Positions 1 through 9,326 of a stretch of 64,000 nucleotides of DNA are shown here, one piece after another. The notes under the pieces were generated by a model, which made no database searches, was not told the origin of the DNA, and saw only the letters and a program-made list of their open reading frames with translations. The DNA comes from an uncultured Thermoplasmatales archaeon (lineage in GTDB: Archaea; Thermoplasmatota; E2; UBA202; DSCA01), in assembly GCA_964514975.1 (NCBI GenBank), contig CAZESS010000005.1, positions 33,678 to 97,677 of the forward strand, given 5' to 3'. The stretch's first letter is position 1. The number at the start of each line of letters is the position of its first letter. A program made the translations under genes and the position numbers.

Positions 1-1
1 C

Positions 2-520
2 GACGAATGCCTTGAAAAGCTCAAGGAGGTGACACCCGACCTCATCCTGCTCGACATCATGATGCCGGGCATGGACGGCTGGGAGACCCTCCGGAACATA
101 AAAAGCAACGAGGCAACCAGGGACATCCCTGTGTCGATGCTCACCGCGCTCCCGCTCACCCCGGACGACACCAGGGACAAGCCCCTTGACAGCATCGAGA
201 ACTACATCGTCAAGCCGTTCACCAAAAAAATCCTGCTCCACAAGATACAGGACATCCTCGACCGGAAAAAAGAGATCAACGAGATGTACGAAAAAATCCG
301 GGCGGAAATCGGCGAGGAGGAAGCCGAGGAATACCGCCGCCTGTCACTGGCCGTCAACCGCCAGCGCCGCCTCGTCGGCGCCATCGTCGATTCAACGGTC
401 AGCGAGCTCAAGGACTCCGTGAAAAACCTGCTGATAAGCCAGAAGCGCATGATTGAGATGATGAACAAAAAAATCGATGACATCGAGCGGCAGGTCGAGC
501 AGGAATCAAACAACGGCTGA
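2..520 (+). CDS. Response regulator receiver-domain protein with C-terminal helical/coiled-coil extension (5' truncated by window edge)
   Basis: Frame is open from base 2 (DECLEKLKEVTPDLILLDIMMPGMDG). Receiver motifs LLDIMMP (phospho-Asp), MLTA (Thr) and YIVKPF (Lys). Confidence 0.9.
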   Translation, partial: DECLEKLKEVTPDLILLDIMMPGMDGWETLRNIKSNEATRDIPVSMLTALPLTPDDTRDKPLDSIENYIVKPFTKKILLHKIQDILDRKKEINEMYEKIRAEIGEEEAEEYRRLSLAVNRQRRLVGAIVDSTVSELKDSVKNLLISQKRMIEMMNKKIDDIERQVEQESNNG

Positions 521-1186
521 GACCACCTGGTACACGATGTCGCCCAGCAAAAAGGAGATGGCGTAGCCCGCCGTCAATGGAATCAGAAACGGCACCTTGG
601 GGGTCGCCCAGATAATTTCGTCGCCGAACGCCGCCGGGTCGACATCCCGCTGCGGCAGAATGCTTTTTGTACGCCGCCCTTCTTCGATTTTTTCCATCGG
701 CCAGACATGGCTGCCCGGGATGTCGCTCGCCCGCATCCGGCACCCAAAAAAACTGTAGGGAAACACGAGGTCGCCATGGAGCACGTTGCGGACGAAAAAT
801 GCGATGGGGATGACCAGGAAGAGCAGCAGCGAGTTGATGAACACGATGATGGGGAACGGGAGCTCCACCGGCGCAATCCATAGCGGCAGCTCGCCGAGCG
901 TGCTATCGATGTGCGGGAACAACGGCGCCAGCAGCGATATCGCTATCAGCGCCTTCGCGTCGGCGCCGCCCATGCCCGCCAGGATGACCACGAACGCGAT
1001 GGGCAGCGTCAGCATCACCGAGAAAAGGACGGCCGGGGGCGGATAGTCTGAGAACAGGAGCAACACGACGCCGATGGCGCCCATGACGATCCAGAGCTCG
1101 TTCCGCGCCTCGCGGTATTTAAAATCGGTGTACGAGGCATACAGCAGGATAGCCATGCCGACGGCGAAGCGGAGGACGTCGAGCAT
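506..1186 (-). CDS. Prepilin/prearchaellin peptidase (A24, PibD/FlaK-like)
   Basis: Polytopic membrane protein with YASYTD and GMGGADAK aspartate motifs and C-terminal WATPKVPFLIPL. Confidence 0.88.
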   Translation of the reverse strand: MLDVLRFAVGMAILLYASYTDFKYREARNELWIVMGAIGVVLLLFSDYPPPAVLFSVMLTLPIAFVVILAGMGGADAKALIAISLLAPLFPHIDSTLGELPLWIAPVELPFPIIVFINSLLLFLVIPIAFFVRNVLHGDLVFPYSFFGCRMRASDIPGSHVWPMEKIEEGRRTKSILPQRDVDPAAFGDEIIWATPKVPFLIPLTAGYAISFLLGDIVYQVVSAVV

Positions 1187-1259
1187 ACCGCTAAATCACG
1201 CGGCCGATATAACTATATCGCTTTGTCCGTCGCCTCATCCACGTGCGCAAACGGCGATG

Positions 1260-3677
1260 TTACCTGAACCGGCGCATGGCCAGCAGCACGAGGAATATCG
1301 CCGCGATGGCCAGCAGCGCCGCGAAGCCAGGGGTACCGTCGCTATCCTGGTCAAGCGATATGTCGACCAGGTCGCTCTGGACGCCGTCGCCGCCGACGGC
1401 GCGGATGCTTATCGCGTTCCCGGATGCGTTGGCCGGCAGATCGATGGACAGCTCGAACTGCCGTTCGGCGCCCGCCTGCATGGTCGCCTCGGAGGGGGTC
1501 ACCTGGACGGTCGCCCCGGCGTCTTCTTCCACCTCGATGTGGACACCGTCGACCATCTGGTTGAGACAGGTCACCGTCACGATGACCGTCGCGGTGCCAC
1601 CGGAGGCGTCGATTGAGGTCGGTGCCGACAGCACCAGGGACGGGTCGCCGCCGCCCACCGTTACCGACGCGGTGTAGGTGCTCGTGGTGCCGTTGTCGTC
1701 CTCGACCTCGAGCGTCACGGGATAGGTACCGACATCGGGCCAGCTATGTGTCACGGTGGCCGCGGCCCGCTCGTCGTCATAGGTGCCGTCGGCGTTCCAG
1801 TCCCACCGGTAGAGCAGAATGGTGCCGTCGTCCGTCGACGCGGAGGCGTCAAACGTGACGTCCTCGCCGGCGCCGGGGGATGCAGGCTGATAGCTGAACT
1901 GCGCCGTCGGCGCATGGGCGCCCGCCGGGTTCACCGTCACCATTTTCTGTGTCGTCACCGTAGCCCCTTCGTTGTCGGTGACAGTCAGCGTGACCGTGTA
2001 GGTGCCATTTCCGGTATAGGTGTGCGACGTCGTCTGCCCGCTGGCTGTGTCGCTTTCATCGCCGAAGTCCCAGCTATAGCTCGAAATGCTGCCCCCGTAG
2101 GGGTCATAGGAATCCGCGGCATCGAATGACACCGCCTGGCCCACGGTGGGAGCAAGCGGCGTGTAGGAGAATGAGGGCTTCGGGGGTGCATTGCTGACCG
2201 TTATCTGCCGCATGGCCTCGTCCTCGTCCGATTCACCGGCGTTCACCGTCAGCGTGACCGTGTAGGTGCCGGGGCTCGTATAGGTATGCGTCGGCGATGC
2301 GCCGGTAGCCGTCCCGCCATCGCCGAACGACCAGGAACGGGATTCCACGTCGCCCGTGGAGGTATCGGTGAACTGCACCGGCTGCCCGACAGCGGCACTG
2401 CCCGGAGCGGTGAAAGACGCCTCGGCCGGCTCAGATGTGCCGGACCCGCCGCCGCCCCGCCAGAGCGCGTTGCCGTTCGAGCCGTCATATTTGACCGTGT
2501 AATACTGGTCGTCCTCGTCGGTGTTGTATCCTGCCACGACGATATTGTTCTGCGAGTCAACGGCGACCGCCTTCGCCTCCCCCCTGAACGAGGTCTCCGT
2601 GGCATCCCATCGCTTGCCAAGGCCGTTGCTGTACTTGATGGTGTAGAAATGTTTGCCATCGCTGTCGGTGGTGAAACCGGCGACGATAACGTTGTCATTC
2701 TGGTCGCAGGCGATAGCCAGCGCGTCGTCCTTGCCGCCCACGTCCAGGAGGTCATCGTCAACCTTGCTGTCGGCATCGTCGTACTTGACAGTCAAAAAAT
2801 CCTGGCCGCCACTGCCGCTGGAATGACCGGTCACGAAAACGTTGTCGTTGGAATCAGCCACAATCCCTGACGCGCTCTCGTTCGTACCAGCCCCGCGATA
2901 GAAAAACGGGCCGCCTTTCGGGTCGAGGCTGCTGCTGTAACGCTGCATGCAGTAGGCGTTGTAGTCCGGCCCGTCGAACTGCGTCGAACCGGCCACGATG
3001 ACGTCTCCTGTACTGGTGAGCGCGACGTCGAGGCCCATGTCGGCGTTGTCGTCCACGTCCAGCACGTGCTCCTCCATCAGGCCGCCGTCCGAACCCGAGC
3101 ATTTCACGGTCCAGAAGTTGCTGGTCGCCGACTCGGTGCCAACCAGCTTGATGGTCACCCCGGTGAGAAACACGTTGCCGGTCTGCTCGTCGATCGTCGC
3201 CCGCCAGGGCACGTCGGACAGCCCGTTGTCATGTGTTTTTTTCCAGACCTGGTTGCCGTTTGACCCATATTTTATCAGGAAATAGTCCATCTGCGGGAGA
3301 ATGTCCCCTGCGGAGCCAACGGCCCCGACGACGATGATGTTGTCGTTGCCATCGACCACGACGTCCTTTCCGATGTTGTGGTCATATTCCTTGAACTCCT
3401 TCCGCCACAGCAAATGACCGTCGTCGCCATCATATTTCTCGGTGCGGATAATCCATTTCCCCGCACCATCATCATATACCTCGCCGGTGACGATGATGTT
3501 GTCGTCCCCGTCAACAGCGACGCCGTTGATGGACATCGTCCGGTCCTGCAACGCTGTCGCCGTGGGAGCGCTGCCGTCGTCCGCCGACGATAGCATCGAG
3601 AGCCCTGAAAGCGAAAGGGTCAGTACAACAAATAATACACATACCTGCGTATACGCGTTCCGTCTCATGTTTGTCAA
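1260..3677 (-). CDS. Exported surface protein: beta-propeller (SBBP-like) repeats, three PKD domains and PGF-CTERM anchor
   Basis: Signal peptide; repeated AVDxxDNIIVxG...YxTIKYD units; WSFGDG/WDFGD/WDWNADG PKD motifs; C-terminal TPGF + TM + RRFR. Confidence 0.88.
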   Translation of the reverse strand: MTNMRRNAYTQVCVLFVVLTLSLSGLSMLSSADDGSAPTATALQDRTMSINGVAVDGDDNIIVTGEVYDDGAGKWIIRTEKYDGDDGHLLWRKEFKEYDHNIGKDVVVDGNDNIIVVGAVGSAGDILPQMDYFLIKYGSNGNQVWKKTHDNGLSDVPWRATIDEQTGNVFLTGVTIKLVGTESATSNFWTVKCSGSDGGLMEEHVLDVDDNADMGLDVALTSTGDVIVAGSTQFDGPDYNAYCMQRYSSSLDPKGGPFFYRGAGTNESASGIVADSNDNVFVTGHSSGSGGQDFLTVKYDDADSKVDDDLLDVGGKDDALAIACDQNDNVIVAGFTTDSDGKHFYTIKYSNGLGKRWDATETSFRGEAKAVAVDSQNNIVVAGYNTDEDDQYYTVKYDGSNGNALWRGGGGSGTSEPAEASFTAPGSAAVGQPVQFTDTSTGDVESRSWSFGDGGTATGASPTHTYTSPGTYTVTLTVNAGESDEDEAMRQITVSNAPPKPSFSYTPLAPTVGQAVSFDAADSYDPYGGSISSYSWDFGDESDTASGQTTSHTYTGNGTYTVTLTVTDNEGATVTTQKMVTVNPAGAHAPTAQFSYQPASPGAGEDVTFDASASTDDGTILLYRWDWNADGTYDDERAAATVTHSWPDVGTYPVTLEVEDDNGTTSTYTASVTVGGGDPSLVLSAPTSIDASGGTATVIVTVTCLNQMVDGVHIEVEEDAGATVQVTPSEATMQAGAERQFELSIDLPANASGNAISIRAVGGDGVQSDLVDISLDQDSDGTPGFAALLAIAAIFLVLLAMRRFR

Positions 3678-3763
3678 CCTCAGTCTACCCGGGAAACCCC
3701 CGGATGTCTGTTGATGTATATTCTTTCCCTTTAAAAAAAATGTGGTACAGTCGTCGAAAGAAA

Positions 3764-4348
3764 CTATTCCATGCTGACAACGCCGTTTTCGGTGACGACG
3801 GCGTCCACCCGCACGTCGTGTGGCTCCTCCGGCAGCATCTCCACGACCTGGAACGCATAGGCCAGCGCGACGGTGCTCCCCCCGAGATGCTGCAATAGCA
3901 CGTCATAATATCCTCCGCCGTAGCCGATACGGGTGCCCCGGCGGTCGAAGGCGAGCCCGGGGATGAGGGCGAGGTCAACGGCACCGGGGCTGCGCCGCCG
4001 CACGTGTTCCTCCCGGGGCTCGAGGATGCCGTATGCACCGGTGGATAGCTCGTTCCAGGCATGCAGCTCGGAGAGAACGAGGGTGCGCTCGTCCCTGCTG
4101 GCGACGACGGGAACCAGCACCTGCTTTGCGTCGTCGGCGAGCAGCATCCGGATGCATCCATGGGTGTTGACCTCTGTCCCGAACGAGATGTAGGACAGCA
4201 CGACCGTGGCATTCCTGAAGATGGGCATCCCGTACAGCCTGTCCAGCACCTGGTTGCTCCGTTTAAGGACCTCGAGGGCGGGAAGGTCGTTGCGCTGCTC
4301 CAGCATCTCCCGGCGTATGCGCTGCTTTTGCTCGCACAGCGATGCCAT
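3764..4348 (-). CDS. 5-formyltetrahydrofolate cyclo-ligase
   Basis: YISFGTEVNT, GILEP and IPGLAFDRRGTRIGYGGGYYD motifs. Confidence 0.95.
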   Translation of the reverse strand: MASLCEQKQRIRREMLEQRNDLPALEVLKRSNQVLDRLYGMPIFRNATVVLSYISFGTEVNTHGCIRMLLADDAKQVLVPVVASRDERTLVLSELHAWNELSTGAYGILEPREEHVRRRSPGAVDLALIPGLAFDRRGTRIGYGGGYYDVLLQHLGGSTVALAYAFQVVEMLPEEPHDVRVDAVVTENGVVSME

Positions 4349-5413
4349 CTACAGGTTGAGGATGTCCTCGATGAGGTCGAGGAGCCCGTAGATGTCCTGG
4401 ACCTGCCAGTCGCCCATGTGCCCGATGCGGAACGTTTTTTCCTTCAGGTCGCCGTAGCCGTTGGATATGCGGACGTAGTGCTTTGCCAGCTCATCGGACA
4501 GCGACGCGACGGATATATCGCGGGTGTTCTCGATGCAGGTAAGGGTCTTTGACCAGTATCCTTTCTCGGGGTAGATGTCGAAATATTTTTGTGCCCATTC
4601 CTGGACGATGGCGGCCATCTGCTCATGCCGCTCGAAGCGACGCTCGATGCCCTCCTCGTTGACGATGTGGTCGAGCTGCGCGTCGAGGGCGAACAGCTGC
4701 GAGATAGCCGGTGTGACACGGGTCTGGTTGCGCTTGTGATATTTGTACAGCAGCGGAATGTTGAAATAGTAGCCCCTGTCGAGTTCCTCGGCCCGCTGCA
4801 GCATGTCGTCGCTGACCGCGGCGACCGCGATGCCCGACGGCAGGGCGAAGCATTTCTGAACGCCGGCGAGCACCATGTCGATGCCGAGCCGGTCGACCGC
4901 TATTTTTGCGCCGCTCATCGCGGAGACGGCGTCGACGAGCAGCAGGACGTCGGGATAGTTGCTGACGACCTCGGCGATTTCCTCGAGGGGGTTCATCATG
5001 CCGACCGAGGTTTCGTTGTAGACCAGCGTCACCGCATCATATTTGCCGGTGTCGAGCTGCTCCTCGACCATGTCTGGCTTGATGGCGGTGTCCCAGTCCA
5101 GCGTGAACGCATCGCAGGGAATGCCGTTCTTTTCGGTTATCTGGTGCCACCGCCTGGAGAACGCGCCGTTGACCAGGTTGAGACATCTGTCGCGGACGCC
5201 GTTGACCACGGCAGCTTCCATCGCCCCGGTCGATGAGGAGGTCATCATGAGCACGGGGTTGTCGGTGTAGAGCAGCTGCTGCATCTTGGACTGGATCGAT
5301 GCATACAGCTCCCCGAACTCCTTTGACCGATGATGTATCTGTGGCGTGGACATGGCCTGCAGCAACTCCTCACGGACCTCTGTGGGGCCGGGCGTAAACA
5401 GTTTCTGGTGCAT
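4349..5413 (-). CDS. Class V PLP aminotransferase (serine-pyruvate/alanine-glyoxylate type, possible archaeal SerC)
   Basis: LFTPGPTEV, NETSVG, VDAVSA, GVQKCFALPSG (PLP Lys) and FRIGHMG. Confidence 0.92.
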   Translation of the reverse strand: MHQKLFTPGPTEVREELLQAMSTPQIHHRSKEFGELYASIQSKMQQLLYTDNPVLMMTSSSTGAMEAAVVNGVRDRCLNLVNGAFSRRWHQITEKNGIPCDAFTLDWDTAIKPDMVEEQLDTGKYDAVTLVYNETSVGMMNPLEEIAEVVSNYPDVLLLVDAVSAMSGAKIAVDRLGIDMVLAGVQKCFALPSGIAVAAVSDDMLQRAEELDRGYYFNIPLLYKYHKRNQTRVTPAISQLFALDAQLDHIVNEEGIERRFERHEQMAAIVQEWAQKYFDIYPEKGYWSKTLTCIENTRDISVASLSDELAKHYVRISNGYGDLKEKTFRIGHMGDWQVQDIYGLLDLIEDILNL

Positions 5414-5542
5414 GGCAGGAGTATAAAAAAATATTACTTAAAATTTCCCTCTGTCCCTGAAGCATGGCAGGCATAAAAACCGGCCCGCCACATCAGTTAA
5501 TTTTAAATATATCCGGAACATGTATCTAATGGAGGTCATAGA

Positions 5543-8500
5543 ATGACAAAACACAAGGCAAAAGCGGCATTGGGTATATTGGTGGCGATATTGATGATAG
5601 GGTCAGGTATCGCGGCCATTCCAATGACCGGCCATGAACAGCATGTGCAGTCCTCACCTGACGAGCCGACCGAAACCGTTGACATGAAATCCAACGATGA
5701 CGGCGACGATGCTCCCTACATCCTTGACCAGTCCGTCCGCGAGGTGCCGGAATCGCAGAACGCGGCACTGGACGGCGACGAAAACGACATGAACACGCAC
5801 ACCGACGCGGGTAACAACATCTACGGAGCATTTCCCCTTTATCCGGGCGAGCCACACGACGAGGCACCGGGCAGAGGAACCGAGGGACAGCTCGACCCCC
5901 AGGGAGATGAAATAGACTGGTACTACTTCGCTGTCGGTGAAGGACAGACAATCGATGCATCCATCTCGGCGTTCCAGATGGAGCTGATGGATTCCGGCGG
6001 CGAAAACGTCATTGCATCCGGGAGCTCGTTCAGCGTCACCGCAACCCGGACGGGCAACTACTACCTGCGTGTCTACGCCCCCGAGGGTGCCAGCGCGGGT
6101 ACCTACCAGCTCGACGTCAGCTTAAGCGGGCAGAACGACGGCGGCTCGGGCGGCGACGCCGGCGACAGCATGGGCAGCGCGACGTCTATCTCGCCCGGCA
6201 CCTACCTGGGCTACCTGGACAGCAACGACTGGTCCGACTGGTACAGCTTCCAGGCGACCTCGGGCCAGGGCATCACGATAGACCTGGCGGTCGAGGCACT
6301 CAAATCAGACTTCGACATGCATCTCTACAACCCCAACGGGGAACTCGTCCATGAGGCGATGTACTATGGAGGAGACGACACCCTTGAATATCCGGCTGAC
6401 ATGTCGGGAACCTGGACGCTGGAAGTCGACATCTGGCCCGGCTGGGACGAGTCGAAATGGCCGGATGACTACTTCCTTTACGGCTCCGGCCCCTACGAGC
6501 TGACGCTCAGCCTCGGCGGCTCCGTTGAATCACCGCCCGGTCCGGTTCCGCAGCCCGACGTGAAGCCGATTGCGCAGACCTTCAAGATCAACGACGACCC
6601 CACCAGCAACAAGGACGAGTTTGGCTACCTGGCAGCGGTGCCGGCGGCCAACTATCTCGACGGCGGCGAGCGCTACGTGTCACCCATCGTGTATCAGGGC
6701 GACGACAGCAAGACCTGGTGGTACGGCACCGTCGACGATACGACGCAGTATCTGCTCGACGACTGGAACACCTATCTGGACCGCCATGGCATGACCGCGG
6801 ATGAGTACACGGTGCCCTCCGACCCCATAACGGCGGCGGCGCAAATCGCTACGGACAAATGGAGTTCCGCTGACACGGCCATCGTGGTTCCCGACGGCAG
6901 CAACGGCGAGATGGATGACACCGTTAACACGGTCGTCGACACGAGCGTGTCGCTCAGCACGTCTCCGAGCCAGATGCGGCTGTCGCCGGACGACTCCCGG
7001 TTTAAGAACGTTGACGGCAAGAGCGCCGTTCCCATGTTCCTGGGCTCCAGCGTCGGCGGCATTTACATGGAAGCCTCAGGCGACGGATTCACCGGCGACA
7101 CCGGTCTGATCACCCCGCGCTATGAAAACGTGCAGGAGGACTGGTGGCCGCATCCGTATGACGGAAGCGGGCCCGACTCCGACACCTTCTATCCCGTTAT
7201 CCTGCCCGGGTTCTATGCACCATATGTCACCAACACACGGGGCATGAACCAGCTCACCATCAGCAAGTATCCGGGACAGCGGTTCAGCATCCCCGTTGAT
7301 AGCCCGCAATCAAGCATCAACGTCACCGTCACGACGGACAGCCCGTCCTCCGTGATGGTCTACCTCGTCGACCCTGAAGGCGTTGTCCGGCGGCCGAACC
7401 TGCCGCACTGGGTCGGTACCCCCGAGCCGATACATCACTGGAACGGCGGCCACTGGCAGCACAACTTTGACGAGTTCCGCAAGTGGCGACCCGAGCCGTC
7501 GACGACGCGCTCGGTCGAGGTGTCCAACCCGAGCGCCGGCACCTGGAAGGCCGTCGTGGTGCAGCATCCCACGGGACAGGCAACCGGTTCGCTGAACGTC
7601 CATGTGACCGCGGAGGTCAGGGAGCACAACCCCGACCGATGCAACGCGGAGCTGTCGGCGGCGAACGGGGCAGTGCTCGCCTCGCTCAACCATGCGCCGC
7701 TGCTCTACGTGAGCGCTGACGGCGTTCCCTCGGAAACCCAGAGCGCCCTCGACGAACTCGGTGTGGGTAACATCATCTTCGTGAACATCGGCGGTGTGAG
7801 CAGCGCCGACGTCGGCGCCTCGACGACCTATACGACGATGCAGGAGGTCGTGGACGCCATCAAGGACTACGAGGCATCTGAGAACTTCATCACGGTGACG
7901 TCGCTCGCCTCGTTGAAGGGATTCTTCGCACCCGCGGCCATGATAGCTGCCTACCACGGCAGCCCGGTCTTCGACATCGGCATGGAGGCCCCGCAGGCGG
8001 TCAACTATCTCGACAAGGGACGCGTGACCACCTATGAGGCGGGCGACTACTATCACGGCTGCCTCGCAACGGGCCATCTGCACAAGATGGGCGAGCCGTT
8101 TGAGCTGATGCAGGCGCTCAAAAACCTCGTCCAGGACCAGGAGCTGCCGCCGATTGGCTTCGACCAGCACAAGCGATGGTTCGGTGGAGCGCAGGAGGCC
8201 ATCTATGCGGGTATCACCGACCGGTACGGCCTTGACCTTGAGGGCAAGGAGGCGTACATGTTCGTGGCGGACCGTGAGCAAGACATCCGCGACCCCGTCA
8301 CCATGGTGATGAGCGGCAACGAGTCATTTGCCGGTCATTTCATGCTCCGGAACGTGGCGCTTGACACCGCGCAGATATGCCGAAGCATCCTGTATCCCGC
8401 AGTCATCTACGCAAACCCCGGCAGGGATGTGACGACGTCGATGCTGATGAACTTCCCCGACGGCAGGTCGTGGACGACCAACGACGGCGTATCGCATTCG

Positions 8501-9226
8501 GTCAAGTCCTCGCAGCGGGTGAAGGAAAGCTTCAGCTCCCACAAGCGCTTCTATGAGGGCCATTGCATCTGGGATAACATGCTTGAGCGGTACAACAAGG
8601 GCGCGGCGGTGAGCTACTACTCGGGTCACGGCACGGGCGGCTCCGGTATTTCCTTCCAGTGGAAGAACATCGCCGAGCAGTTCCCCTACGTGGAGCTCAA
8701 ACATGAGGATCTTAAGGATTTCGACTGGTGGGACGGCTGGCGCGGCTACATGTATGATGACACCCGGACGAAGACCCCGCGATGGGGCGGCTTCACCTGG
8801 TACAACGCCGTGGAGCCCAACCTGTACGACCTGGTCCATTTCAAATATGTGGACGAGTACTTTGAGAACCTGCACAGCGAGATAGACCTGTGGATGTCCT
8901 GTACGACGGCGTCGCACATGGGACCGAACATCTATCTCGAGCACGGCGCCGCTCTCTACTACGGCAACGGCGGTACGGGCCTGTGCCCGCAGGCGGACCT
9001 CCTCGATGATAACATGATGCACAGCCTGATGGTCGAGGGCAAGAGCATCGGCGATGCGTTCTCCGACGAGGTCTGGCTGCATCAGCGTGATTTCACCACC
9101 GACGACCCGACGGCGATGTACGGCAGTTCCTCGATGCAGGTGACGAACATCCAGATGATTTTCGGCGACCCGACGATGACGGTGTACAGCCCCGAGTGGT
9201 CCGAGCCGACGCCGGTTGCGCCATAG
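5543..9226 (+). CDS. Large secreted protein: PPC-like domains, CWB2-like segments and C-terminal C25 (gingipain-like) peptidase-type domain
   Basis: Signal peptide; DWYYF/DWYSF and DFDMHLYNPNG PPC motifs; YYSGHG ... WMSCTT ... IFGDP resemble the C25 His/Cys dyad and terminal GDP motif. SD GGAGGT lies upstream. Confidence 0.7.
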   Translation: MTKHKAKAALGILVAILMIGSGIAAIPMTGHEQHVQSSPDEPTETVDMKSNDDGDDAPYILDQSVREVPESQNAALDGDENDMNTHTDAGNNIYGAFPLYPGEPHDEAPGRGTEGQLDPQGDEIDWYYFAVGEGQTIDASISAFQMELMDSGGENVIASGSSFSVTATRTGNYYLRVYAPEGASAGTYQLDVSLSGQNDGGSGGDAGDSMGSATSISPGTYLGYLDSNDWSDWYSFQATSGQGITIDLAVEALKSDFDMHLYNPNGELVHEAMYYGGDDTLEYPADMSGTWTLEVDIWPGWDESKWPDDYFLYGSGPYELTLSLGGSVESPPGPVPQPDVKPIAQTFKINDDPTSNKDEFGYLAAVPAANYLDGGERYVSPIVYQGDDSKTWWYGTVDDTTQYLLDDWNTYLDRHGMTADEYTVPSDPITAAAQIATDKWSSADTAIVVPDGSNGEMDDTVNTVVDTSVSLSTSPSQMRLSPDDSRFKNVDGKSAVPMFLGSSVGGIYMEASGDGFTGDTGLITPRYENVQEDWWPHPYDGSGPDSDTFYPVILPGFYAPYVTNTRGMNQLTISKYPGQRFSIPVDSPQSSINVTVTTDSPSSVMVYLVDPEGVVRRPNLPHWVGTPEPIHHWNGGHWQHNFDEFRKWRPEPSTTRSVEVSNPSAGTWKAVVVQHPTGQATGSLNVHVTAEVREHNPDRCNAELSAANGAVLASLNHAPLLYVSADGVPSETQSALDELGVGNIIFVNIGGVSSADVGASTTYTTMQEVVDAIKDYEASENFITVTSLASLKGFFAPAAMIAAYHGSPVFDIGMEAPQAVNYLDKGRVTTYEAGDYYHGCLATGHLHKMGEPFELMQALKNLVQDQELPPIGFDQHKRWFGGAQEAIYAGITDRYGLDLEGKEAYMFVADREQDIRDPVTMVMSGNESFAGHFMLRNVALDTAQICRSILYPAVIYANPGRDVTTSMLMNFPDGRSWTTNDGVSHSVKSSQRVKESFSSHKRFYEGHCIWDNMLERYNKGAAVSYYSGHGTGGSGISFQWKNIAEQFPYVELKHEDLKDFDWWDGWRGYMYDDTRTKTPRWGGFTWYNAVEPNLYDLVHFKYVDEYFENLHSEIDLWMSCTTASHMGPNIYLEHGAALYYGNGGTGLCPQADLLDDNMMHSLMVEGKSIGDAFSDEVWLHQRDFTTDDPTAMYGSSSMQVTNIQMIFGDPTMTVYSPEWSEPTPVAP

Positions 9227-9227
9227 G

Positions 9228-9290
9228 CACATCTCTCTTCTCCCTCTTTTTTCTCAATTTTTTTGTTTTTTTTTTGTCTGGTTTGTGCTC
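9228..9290 (+). terminator. Pyrimidine/oligo-T tract, probable archaeal terminator
   Basis: Long T runs (ttttttgttttttttttg) directly after the stop of 5543..9226. Confidence 0.6.
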
Positions 9291-9326
9291 AATCCATAGA
9301 TATATAAATAAACGATTGTTAATGAC

